Positions 1-8,215 of a stretch of DNA of 64,000 nucleotides are shown in pieces. The translations under genes and the position numbers were made by a program. How positions within the stretch are numbered: the first letter of the stretch is position 1; each line of letters opens with the position of its first letter. The notes under the pieces were generated by a model, which was given only the letters and a program-made list of their open reading frames with translations, searched no databases and was not told where the DNA came from. The stretch comes from an uncultured Pseudomonadales bacterium (lineage in GTDB: Bacteria; Patescibacteriota; Microgenomatia; UBA1400; UBA12028), in contig CAZWPK010000001.1 of NCBI GenBank assembly GCA_964635905.1, positions 437,096 to 501,095 on the forward strand, written 5' to 3'.

Positions 1-1296
1 GAAGCTCATACCCGGGTACGTGATTACCTCCTGACTGAGGACTCCCAATTTTCAGAATATGTTATTGATAGTTTTTTATATGGCTCGTACAAGAGGCATA
101 CTGCTGAAGGCAATATTAAAGATGTTGACATTGCTTTAGTAACTACCTTTGATCCAAATAGCGATGAAGATAAACCTAGTAAAGTCTTGCCAAAATTAAA
201 AAGAGCCCTAAATCGATTTTATGAAGATCCTAAAGCTACTACTCCTAACCGCAAGTCAGTTCAAGTAATAGACCCGCTGCCTGATGAACCTGATTCTGAG
301 CTAACCCTAGATATCATTCCAGTTGTTTTAACTGGAAATAGTGATCAAAAAGTTTTAGTACCTGACAGAGAAAATGATATTTGGGTTGAAAGCCATCCTA
401 AAGGTCATTTGAAGTTCACTTCAGACCTAAATAGTGATGAATTAAGTCAAGGTATGTTTGTACCTCTTGTTAAAATTATGAAACACTGGTGGAAGCAGCA
501 TTCAGGTGTTGAAGATGCTAAGCCAAAAGGGTTTTGGTTGGAAATACTTGTTGGAGAAACTTTTGATTCAACCAAGAACTCTTATGCTGAACACTTTGTC
601 CAAGTTTTGACCAATATTAAAAATAGATATATGGATTATGAAGATTCTTCTTCAGTACCAGAACTAAGAGATCCAGGCTTGCACGCTGAGACTCTTAAAA
701 CAAGTATGATACTGACTGAGTTTATCCACTTTATGGACGCAGTGAATGACACTTTATTAATAGCAACAGAAGCACTGGAGTCTACTGATGAATCTGAATC
801 TGCATATCTTTGGGGTAGTATTCTTGGTGACGAATTTCCCAAACCTGAAAGGAAAAGTTCTTTTGATTTATCAAAGCTAGTTGGTTTTGTAAATGCTTTT
901 TTTGCACCAAAAGAGCAATTCCTTCAAAGAGATTATGGATTCCCAATATTAGATCTAGGTTACTCACTAAGGATTGATGGTTGGGTAACTAAAAATAAAG
1001 GATTTAGAGATAACTATATAAGTCTATTACCTTTAGTTCAAAAAAAGGCTTCAATTCTCTTTAAAATTATAAAGTTTGATGTACCTGGTGAATTCAATGT
1101 AATGTGGAAAGTAAAAAATACAGGAAGAGAAGCAAGCCGATTAGGTACACAACGAGGAGAAATAACTTGGGATGAAGGCAATAAAGAAAAAGTAGAATCC
1201 ACACTATATACTGGTACCCATTTTGTTGAGTGCTATGTAATTGACTCAAGCAATAGATGTATCGCTTGGGATAGAATAAAAGTCAGAATAGTTTAA
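1..1296 (+). CDS. CD-NTase/SMODS-like (Pol-beta superfamily) nucleotidyltransferase, 5' end truncated by the window edge. The reading frame is open from position 1; the listed ORF start at 187 is only an internal Met.
   Basis: Translation from nt 1 gives ...SFLYGSYKRHTAEGNIKDVDIALV (a GS...DxD NTase motif). A third acidic residue appears in LTLDIIPV. The KIMKHWWKQH...KPKGFWLEILV motif is typical of CD-NTase/OAS-like enzymes. An unknown beta-rich C-terminal extension of about 140 aa follows. The gene is AT-rich (~37% GC). Confidence 0.55.
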   Translation, partial: EAHTRVRDYLLTEDSQFSEYVIDSFLYGSYKRHTAEGNIKDVDIALVTTFDPNSDEDKPSKVLPKLKRALNRFYEDPKATTPNRKSVQVIDPLPDEPDSELTLDIIPVVLTGNSDQKVLVPDRENDIWVESHPKGHLKFTSDLNSDELSQGMFVPLVKIMKHWWKQHSGVEDAKPKGFWLEILVGETFDSTKNSYAEHFVQVLTNIKNRYMDYEDSSSVPELRDPGLHAETLKTSMILTEFIHFMDAVNDTLLIATEALESTDESESAYLWGSILGDEFPKPERKSSFDLSKLVGFVNAFFAPKEQFLQRDYGFPILDLGYSLRIDGWVTKNKGFRDNYISLLPLVQKKASILFKIIKFDVPGEFNVMWKVKNTGREASRLGTQRGEITWDEGNKEKVESTLYTGTHFVECYVIDSSNRCIAWDRIKVRIV

Positions 1297-1347
1297 AGCC
1301 CTACAGTTAACTCAACTTTTCTATGTTGCTATATAATAGCTAGTAAC

Positions 1348-1665
1348 ATGAGCACAATTAAAAACCCTGTTTCTGACTTAACTAGTAGAGTAATTAATAA
1401 TCTCCCATGGTCAGAAGTAAGAGATTTACTAAGAAATAGCGATGACTTCAGAAACAAGATTGAAGAATTTGATGACACCTTATACCGCTTCGTAGCTGCA
1501 GACACTAATCAATCAGTTATCCTCAAATCAATTTTGAAACATCTCAAGGCCACTGATCCAGGCAACGCCACTCTAGAAAAAGCTACCAATATTACCAATG
1601 CTATGATGAATTTTGCTAAGTTGAGAGTCTCAGAGCTAGAAGCTCTTAGGAATAAGAAAAAGTAG
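1348..1665 (+). CDS. hypothetical protein (105 aa) immediately downstream of the NTase
   Basis: ORF on the same strand, 52 nt after the NTase stop. No recognisable motifs. Confidence 0.35.
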   Translation: MSTIKNPVSDLTSRVINNLPWSEVRDLLRNSDDFRNKIEEFDDTLYRFVAADTNQSVILKSILKHLKATDPGNATLEKATNITNAMMNFAKLRVSELEALRNKKK

Positions 1666-1719
1666 TCATGTCGAAGACACACTACAACTTAGCCTCGATT
1701 TACAGTACAGTAAACATAT

Positions 1720-1944
1720 ATGAGTAACGTCATAACCCAGGCCATCCGAGACAAAATGGCTGACAAAATCAAGCAACTGAGAGTAAAAAAGCAGATGACT
1801 CAAACCGAGACTGCTATTGAAGCTGATATTGACCCTAGTTACTACCCACGCATTGAGCGGGGAGAATCTAATATTACTCTTGAAACACTTTTTAAGTTAG
1901 TTAAAGCCCTCAAGGCAAAATCCTCAGATATCTTGCCTTTCTAA
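1720..1944 (+). CDS. XRE/Cro-C1 family helix-turn-helix transcriptional regulator (74 aa)
   Basis: The sequence QMTQTETAIEADIDPSYYPRIERGESNITLETLFKLVKAL matches the XRE HTH signature. Its 3' end overlaps the 3' end of the convergent PLD gene by 4 nt. Confidence 0.65.
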   Translation: MSNVITQAIRDKMADKIKQLRVKKQMTQTETAIEADIDPSYYPRIERGESNITLETLFKLVKALKAKSSDILPF

Positions 1945-2423
1945 ACTAGGTGTTTTTCCAAATCTAGAAAATCCATCATTTGTTGTACTGCTGCAGTTCC
2001 CTCTATCCGGCGCATAATTTCCCGACTTCTAGTTTGTGACAAGATATTGAGACTACCTTCCCAGAGAATGTTTCTGTCCAAAATTGCTAACTTGCGGTGA
2101 TCGTTGCCTTGGCAGAGGAGTGTATGGATTCCTACTTCTTCAAACTTCCTTATCATCGCCTCAGACTGCCTTCCAAGACGCGGTTCATGCTCACGAGGAT
2201 CACGAGTAAGGATGTAAATATTGACCTCCTTCTTCAGTAATGTATCAAAAACAGGTAAGTACAATCTCATTCGTCCTTGGGTAATAAACGGACTCTCAAT
2301 AATTACTTCTTCCTGACAACTTTCTAGATCAGCGACAAACTGATGATAAAAGGTTTTCTCATCAAAGAGGTGAGAATTTAGGATAGAATCAGAAGAGTGG
2401 GGTATGGAAACACTCGCTGGCAT
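1941..2423 (-). CDS. PLD-superfamily (single HKD motif) Nuc-like nuclease/phosphodiesterase, 160 aa
   Basis: HRKLAILDRNILWEGSLN fits the HxK(x4)D(x6)GSxN PLD motif. The size is comparable to Nuc-type dimeric nucleases. RBS-like GAGGAGAAATAATG sits upstream. Confidence 0.65.
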   Translation of the reverse strand: MPASVSIPHSSDSILNSHLFDEKTFYHQFVADLESCQEEVIIESPFITQGRMRLYLPVFDTLLKKEVNIYILTRDPREHEPRLGRQSEAMIRKFEEVGIHTLLCQGNDHRKLAILDRNILWEGSLNILSQTRSREIMRRIEGTAAVQQMMDFLDLEKHLV

Positions 2424-2510
2424 TATTTCTCCTCTTCTAACCCTTGGTATGAGGTCATGAACTTATGGAGATAGGCCAGTAGGTGTTCGGCGTAATTTGC
2501 ACTCCCCCCA

Positions 2511-3260
2511 GTGGTGACAGCCAGGCCAACTCCTACACCCACTGCAACGGCAACTCCGACACCTACTCCTGTACCTGTGGATGTGGCCATCACCGCGGTC
2601 TACTTATGGGACTACAATGCGATGTCCTCGATCTTAAACCCAACTGCTTCAAACACTTTATCTATTGATGAGAAGAACTGGACATCGATTCCCTCTCCGA
2701 TCTCCATGACCTTTGAACTTAAAACGATTGGAAACACTTTCCAAAAGAGTGTTCCATATAGAGTGACTGCAAATGGAACAGTGATTCAATCCGGATTGAT
2801 TGGTCTGGTAAACTCATCCGGAACAATATCGCCAACCTTTAGCTTACCTTCTGCGCCAGCATCATATACGGTCGCAATTGATATTAATCAACCGAGTGAG
2901 TATACAGAGGCAAATACAAGTAATAATTCCTATACTTTCCCCTATACGATTCGCGCGGACACGACCCCACCACAAATATCCTTTGATATCCTCAAGCGGG
3001 CAGATACCCAACAAACATGTGTGACTCCACGCTATGCAATCGATGTCTCAACAAGTGAAAATGACATCCGTTTTGAAGGAAAACTTGATGGTGAAAACTG
3101 GTATTCTTTCACGTATCGACCAGATCCGAGCAAAGAGCCACGTTACGAGCGATGCTTAACTGGACCTGCGGGTGAGTACCATACCTTCTCTGTGAAAGCT
3201 TGGGACAAACGTGGGAACCAAACGGAGGGTGTATACTCGTTTAGTCTCTATGCATTCTAA
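2511..3260 (+). CDS. hypothetical protein with an N-terminal Thr/Pro-rich low-complexity segment (GTG start in the ORF track; no signal peptide)
   Basis: ORF of 249 aa, TPTPTATATPTPTPVP followed by a beta-rich region. An in-frame stop at 2493-2495 rules out an upstream extension. The start codon is uncertain. Confidence 0.3.
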   Translation: MVTARPTPTPTATATPTPTPVPVDVAITAVYLWDYNAMSSILNPTASNTLSIDEKNWTSIPSPISMTFELKTIGNTFQKSVPYRVTANGTVIQSGLIGLVNSSGTISPTFSLPSAPASYTVAIDINQPSEYTEANTSNNSYTFPYTIRADTTPPQISFDILKRADTQQTCVTPRYAIDVSTSENDIRFEGKLDGENWYSFTYRPDPSKEPRYERCLTGPAGEYHTFSVKAWDKRGNQTEGVYSFSLYAF

Positions 3261-3345
3261 TCAACTGGCTGTGATTCCGCTTCACTTCGATAAAGCTCCG
3301 CCAAGAGTATAACTGCTTTAGCTTGTTGTACTCGTTATTTTTCGT

Positions 3346-4422
3346 ATGTATCCTATGCCACTTGCATATCTTGCGTCAGTAGACGCACTTGAAACGTATT
3401 TACAATCAAAACATCTTTCTTGGGAGAAGTGTCAGTTGCCAGACAAGGAGCAGTGCCGATCGTTGTTTACACTGCGGATTCCTCTCTCCTATGCCAATCT
3501 CATTAATTGGAAAGATCCAGAAGATCCCTTACGCATGATGGTGATGCCAAGTTTACTGGAGAAAAATATTCAGAACTACGAATTGTCTGATCCGATTGGG
3601 GATTCCAGCCATGAGCCTGTTCCTGGACTCATCCATCGGTATCCGAATCGTTGCTTGCTTCTGTGTACGACGTATTGCGGGGTCCATTGCAGATTTTGTT
3701 TTCGTCGCGATGTCATCGGGAAACCTCGGCCGATTGATATTCATGCAGGCGAAGGTTATTTACGATCACATCCAGAAATTGCAGAAGTCATTTTTTCCGG
3801 AGGTGACCCACTTACCTTCCCGATTGCCTTTTTGCGGGGAATGCTGTCAATGCTGGATTCGATTGCTTCTGTGCGAGTAATTCGTTTTCATACGCGCCTA
3901 GCAGTCATGGATCCCAGTGTCTTATCGACAGAATGGATTTCCGCACTAGCTATCCTGACAGGAAAACGAATCGTAATCGTACTGCATTGTAATCATGCCC
4001 GAGAAATTAGTCCGCAACTGCGTGCATCGGTACAGCGTTTACAAGCTGTCGGGATTGTGGTGCTCTCTCAATCGGTACTCTTACAAGGGGTCAATGATTC
4101 AACTTCTGCTCTGCAAGAGTTATTCTGGAACTTGTTCATCGATGGGATTATCCCCTATTATCTGCATCATCTTGACTATGCAAAAGGGACGCATCATTTT
4201 CGAATTTCGGTATCAAAAGGAAAAGCACTCTATGCATCGCTACGTGGTCGACTTCCAGGGTACTGTATTCCGGAGTATGTCGTAGATCTTCCCGGTGGAG
4301 ATGGAAAATTCCCAGTGATGCAGTTACAAGAGTTACGGGATGGTCATTATCTAGCCTACAGTTGGGATCAGCGCGAAGTTGAGTATGTTGATCAGGCGGT
4401 ATTAACATCCGACCAGCAGTGA
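3346..4422 (+). CDS. epmB: EF-P beta-lysylation protein EpmB (KamA-family radical SAM lysine 2,3-aminomutase)
   Basis: CGVHCRFCFRR is the radical-SAM CxxxCxxC motif in a KamA-like context. Length is 358 aa. Confidence 0.8.
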   Translation: MYPMPLAYLASVDALETYLQSKHLSWEKCQLPDKEQCRSLFTLRIPLSYANLINWKDPEDPLRMMVMPSLLEKNIQNYELSDPIGDSSHEPVPGLIHRYPNRCLLLCTTYCGVHCRFCFRRDVIGKPRPIDIHAGEGYLRSHPEIAEVIFSGGDPLTFPIAFLRGMLSMLDSIASVRVIRFHTRLAVMDPSVLSTEWISALAILTGKRIVIVLHCNHAREISPQLRASVQRLQAVGIVVLSQSVLLQGVNDSTSALQELFWNLFIDGIIPYYLHHLDYAKGTHHFRISVSKGKALYASLRGRLPGYCIPEYVVDLPGGDGKFPVMQLQELRDGHYLAYSWDQREVEYVDQAVLTSDQQ

Positions 4423-4530
4423 ACTGCTCGGAGTCTAGGACTGATACATCACTATGAGAAGCTTGGGAGAAAGATACGAATGTCTTCTAGATATCAAGAA
4501 AGAAAACAAGATAAACGCGTCACGGCAGAA

Positions 4531-4776
4531 CTAGTCTCGAGGTATTCCTTTGATAATATTTCGAGTGGTCCAGCCTAAGTTATAGAGTTCTTGAAGCTGT
4601 GCTTCCGGAATCTCAAGCGTAACAGTTCGAAGCTCTCTAAAATCCATAATCACTGAACCTGTTGGAAAATCTTTCTTCATCTCAATGCGATTTTTTGCGC
4701 CTTGAGCTGTCCGATATAGGACTGAGTCGTGACTTCCAGCCTGTAACACTCTTTCATATAATTGAACTGGGGGCAT
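4531..4776 (-). CDS. hypothetical protein (81 aa)
   Basis: ORF only. Confidence 0.25.
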   Translation of the reverse strand: MPPVQLYERVLQAGSHDSVLYRTAQGAKNRIEMKKDFPTGSVIMDFRELRTVTLEIPEAQLQELYNLGWTTRNIIKGIPRD

Positions 4777-4951
4777 AATTGTATTTATTATATACTATAA
4801 GACGAGTAATCGAGTGAGTTATAATCGTATTTTTATGATTTCAACGTGGAAGAGTTAAGAGGATCTATAAAATCAAGAAGATGTAATTGTAGTCGTTTAA
4901 ATGATGGAGGCAGTTTGGCAGTGTATTCATCCAAGGCTCAATGACTGTAGC

Positions 4952-5230
4952 TTAAGAACGTGGTTGGGAAAGAACGTTCAAGGAAATAAATCGCTGCCTG
5001 TTGAGGATCTCAACTTGTTTATCTGTGAGTTCTAACTTATCCATTTGTACTCTAACTTGAAGACACAGTTCCTTTAGACTTACGAAACTGAGGTTCAATT
5101 TGGCTGCAGCTTCTGCGTCTGCTTGATCAAGGTAGACCAGTGGATCACATTCTTCATCAACGTTGGTTTTTTGACTGTTGCGTCGATTTTGACGCTCAAG
5201 GATAATTTTATACAGGGTGACAGTTTCCAT
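4952..5230 (-). CDS. hypothetical protein (92 aa) with a possible C-terminal HTH-like segment
   Basis: ORF. LTDKQVEILNRQRF weakly resembles region-4/LuxR-type HTH. It sits inside a segment bounded by a duplicated epmA promoter/5' end. Confidence 0.3.
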   Translation of the reverse strand: METVTLYKIILERQNRRNSQKTNVDEECDPLVYLDQADAEAAAKLNLSFVSLKELCLQVRVQMDKLELTDKQVEILNRQRFISLNVLSQPRS

Positions 5231-5404
5231 GAATGGTTTTTTAATTTTCTACGATTAATTTCTTTGACCAGTCGCACGTCAAAATGCGTCAATATCGGAT
5301 TTAGCAAACTAACCAGAATGTTCCATCAATTAAATTATTCATGGCACCTTTCTGTTACAGCGGTATCACGGTATAGTTTTGGTTGAAGTATAATAGAGAT
5401 CTCT

Positions 5405-6469
5405 ATGAATTCAACCTGGAAGAGATTACGAGCCCAGCCCGACAAACTAACTTACTTGTATCAACGGGAGAAGATTGTTGATGCGATTCGACACTTTTTT
5501 AAGTCACAGGAGTTTTTAGAAGTAGACACACCTTTATTAGTTAAATCTCCTGGAACAGAGCCATATTTGGAAGTGTTTGCGACAACTCTGCTAGACTTTG
5601 AGCGTCATCCAACTCCTGCATATTTGCTCACTTCGCCAGAGTATGCATTAAAAAAATTGCTAGTTACTGGGATTCCAAAACTGTTTTCCATTTGTAAATC
5701 TTTTCGTAATGCAGAAGGTCTGTCCTTTAAACATAACCCTGAGTTTACCATCATGGAGTGGTATCGAACGCATGCAGACTACACTGACATTATGAAAGAC
5801 TGTGAACAGCTATTTGTTGCCATTGCACGAACCTTGGATACGACGCAGATTGGACCTACCACGTCCTGGACTTATCAAGGGAAAATGTATGATTTGACTC
5901 CCCCGTGGGAAAGAATTAGTGTTGCAGAGGCTTTTTTTAGCTACTGTGGGATTGATGTGGACACATTACTTGATGAGCGAAAGCTAAAGGAAGCAGGAAA
6001 AAAGCGCGGATTTTCCGTTGAATCCACTACAACTTGGGAACAGGTATACAACCAATTTTTACTCAACGATATCGAGCCGCATTTTGGAGTAGACCATCCG
6101 ACCATCATTTATGATTTCCCTGTTTCTCAAGCGTCGCTTGCTAAAAAAAAGGACTCTGATCCACGTTTTGCGGAGCGTTTCGAATTCTATGTGGCAGGAA
6201 TTGAGATGGGAAATGCGTTTTCAGAATTAACGGACGCCGAAGAGCAGCGATCCCGCTTTGAATCCGAACTTAACGAACGAGCCATCTTGGGCAAAACAGC
6301 ATATCAACTAGACGAAGATTACTTGGAAGCAATAAAAGCAGGTCTGCCACCCACCGGCGGGATAGCTGTTGGAATTGATCGTATCGTTATGTTTTTTGCG
6401 GATGCGCCGCAAATTTCAGATGTTGTTGTCTTTCCAGCGTCGGAATTATGGAACAAGCATTCTGATTAA
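5405..6469 (+). CDS. epmA: EF-P-lysine lysyltransferase EpmA (PoxA/GenX; LysRS catalytic-domain paralog)
   Basis: Class II aaRS core without an anticodon-binding domain. NPEFTIMEWY and GIAVGIDRIVMF match EpmA/LysRS motifs. A TATAAT box lies 10-11 nt before the ATG. Confidence 0.85.
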   Translation: MNSTWKRLRAQPDKLTYLYQREKIVDAIRHFFKSQEFLEVDTPLLVKSPGTEPYLEVFATTLLDFERHPTPAYLLTSPEYALKKLLVTGIPKLFSICKSFRNAEGLSFKHNPEFTIMEWYRTHADYTDIMKDCEQLFVAIARTLDTTQIGPTTSWTYQGKMYDLTPPWERISVAEAFFSYCGIDVDTLLDERKLKEAGKKRGFSVESTTTWEQVYNQFLLNDIEPHFGVDHPTIIYDFPVSQASLAKKKDSDPRFAERFEFYVAGIEMGNAFSELTDAEEQRSRFESELNERAILGKTAYQLDEDYLEAIKAGLPPTGGIAVGIDRIVMFFADAPQISDVVVFPASELWNKHSD

Positions 6470-6732
6470 CGCCGTGCAGCTTCAATGGATCCTGCACCAA
6501 GACCAAGTGGGATTGCTCCAAGCATGGAAAGCGTGGCAGCGACAATTAGGACATCGCAGCGTGGGTCGGTCAGTAGCTCCGGGCGTGACAATATTTCTTG
6601 GAAGGCTCCTGTCCGGATCAAGTTGTACAACGAAGGAAGACCGATGCCTTCTACAAATGTTCCCAATGCCATTGTGGAAACACCAACTGTGTAGCTTAAA
6701 GCCTTATCTGCATTTTTAAGATGATCTGTCAC
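6466..6732 (-). CDS. small hydrophobic protein (88 aa), possibly membrane
   Basis: ORF with Gly/Ala/Leu-rich hydrophobic segments. Overlaps the epmA stop. Confidence 0.25.
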   Translation of the reverse strand: MTDHLKNADKALSYTVGVSTMALGTFVEGIGLPSLYNLIRTGAFQEILSRPELLTDPRCDVLIVAATLSMLGAIPLGLGAGSIEAARR

Positions 6733-6821
6733 AGTTCATTATTATAGGTCTTGAATAAGTTGGAGTCAATAGCGATAGTCTTGTTCTGTGGTTTAATCGA
6801 AGAAAGCTCTATAATACAGGG

Positions 6822-7523
6822 ATGTGGAATACGCGAAGAGAGACAGTACAACCGTCAATCAGGCCTGAATGGGCAGAGTGGAAATCAAATCCACGACCTG
6901 CTGACTATTGTGATGGTATGCGCAATGCCAACACAAACCTGCTAGCTGATAGTGGATTTACACCTACATTACTGACAGTTTCATCCATGTTCTTGGAAGA
7001 CAGTCGGAACAAAGACACCTTTCTAGTCTCTCAGCTTCCGGGAATTATATGGGACGATCTTACTGTCCCGTTTTCAACTGATTTGGATATTGCGATTCAG
7101 GTTGTAGAGCAGTTTGCAGAACTTGAGCAGCGAAAATTATGCCTCTGGGATCGCCATGGAGGCAATATTTTAGTTGACCCTGAAGAGCAGAATAGAGTGT
7201 GGCAAGTTGATTTAGAAACAATCTTTGACACCTCTGTAGAGCGCTTTATGCATCAAAGTTTGCCGATGACGCACCAGGAAAGATTTCACCTACATGCCGC
7301 AAAACTAGAAACATTTGCGCTGGTTCACCCCATCAATCTTCAACTTCAAATGGTTCTGTTAACCTTGATGACAAAAAACTCGCTGGCTTACCCAGTCATG
7401 AGCAGCGAATGGAGGCGGGTGAACACGGAAATTCGGGCAGTGCTTGAACTGACGAAAGTTCTACGAGAATCAAAATTGTCATTGGTTCTAGATTCTATGC
7501 GAAATCTTCAGCAACGACTCTAA
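6822..7523 (+). CDS. protein-kinase-like-fold protein (RIO/Kdo/APH-like catalytic-loop motif)
   Basis: LWDRHGGNILVD ... VWQVDLE resembles the HxDxxxxN catalytic loop plus a downstream Asp-Leu-Glu metal-binding motif (DFG-like position) of the kinase-like fold. 233 aa. Confidence 0.4.
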   Translation: MWNTRRETVQPSIRPEWAEWKSNPRPADYCDGMRNANTNLLADSGFTPTLLTVSSMFLEDSRNKDTFLVSQLPGIIWDDLTVPFSTDLDIAIQVVEQFAELEQRKLCLWDRHGGNILVDPEEQNRVWQVDLETIFDTSVERFMHQSLPMTHQERFHLHAAKLETFALVHPINLQLQMVLLTLMTKNSLAYPVMSSEWRRVNTEIRAVLELTKVLRESKLSLVLDSMRNLQQRL

Positions 7524-7610
7524 TACCATGCGTCCATGTGACAAGGTAGCTCAAACATCGTATAATAAGGCCTTCCTCAAGGAAATTGGTAGCAGCTAGT
7601 AAGGAATTGT

Positions 7611-8174
7611 ATGGCATTAACTGGTGGAAATATTAAAAAAGGCATGTACATCATGCATAAAAATGAACCGCACTGGGTGACGTTTACCGAGTTTGTGTCC
7701 CCAGGTAAAGGGTCCGCATTCATGCGTTCGAAACTCAAGAGTGTAAAGACAGGGAACGTGGTTGAATTTACCTTCAAATCCGTAGAAACGGTCGAAGAAG
7801 CCGATGTCCAGACTACCGAAATGCAATATTTGTATCAAGATGGTCAAGACTTTATTTTCATGCATCCACGCACGTTTGAACAAGTTACAGTTCCTGGTGA
7901 TGTGATGGCAGACTATGTGCCCTATTTGATGCCGGAACAATACATGTATGTGGTTTTTTACAATGAAAAAGCCATTGGCATACGTTTCCCAGGGAAGGTC
8001 ACACTGACAGTTGACTACTCCGAGGATGCGGTTGCAGGAAATCGTGTCAACGCTCCTAAAAAGAAAGTACGATTAGAAACGGGCTATGAGATCGATGTGC
8101 CTCTCTTTATCAAAAAAGGTGATCGTATCGTTGTGGATACCACTACTGGACAATACGTGTCTCGGGGTGAATAG
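7611..8174 (+). CDS. efp: elongation factor P
   Basis: 187 aa. A conserved PGKG loop (SPGKGSAFMRSK) carries the modifiable Lys. A TATAAT-like box lies upstream at ~7560. Confidence 0.9.
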   Translation: MALTGGNIKKGMYIMHKNEPHWVTFTEFVSPGKGSAFMRSKLKSVKTGNVVEFTFKSVETVEEADVQTTEMQYLYQDGQDFIFMHPRTFEQVTVPGDVMADYVPYLMPEQYMYVVFYNEKAIGIRFPGKVTLTVDYSEDAVAGNRVNAPKKKVRLETGYEIDVPLFIKKGDRIVVDTTTGQYVSRGE

Positions 8175-8215
8175 CAGTTCCTACAGTAATTAATCGCAAC
8201 ATTTGGTACTATAAA

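Noticed and set aside
636-967. Minus-strand ORFs 636-842 and 782-967 inside the NTase gene
   Set aside because: They are fully embedded antisense to a longer ORF that carries clear enzyme motifs. No RBS was seen.
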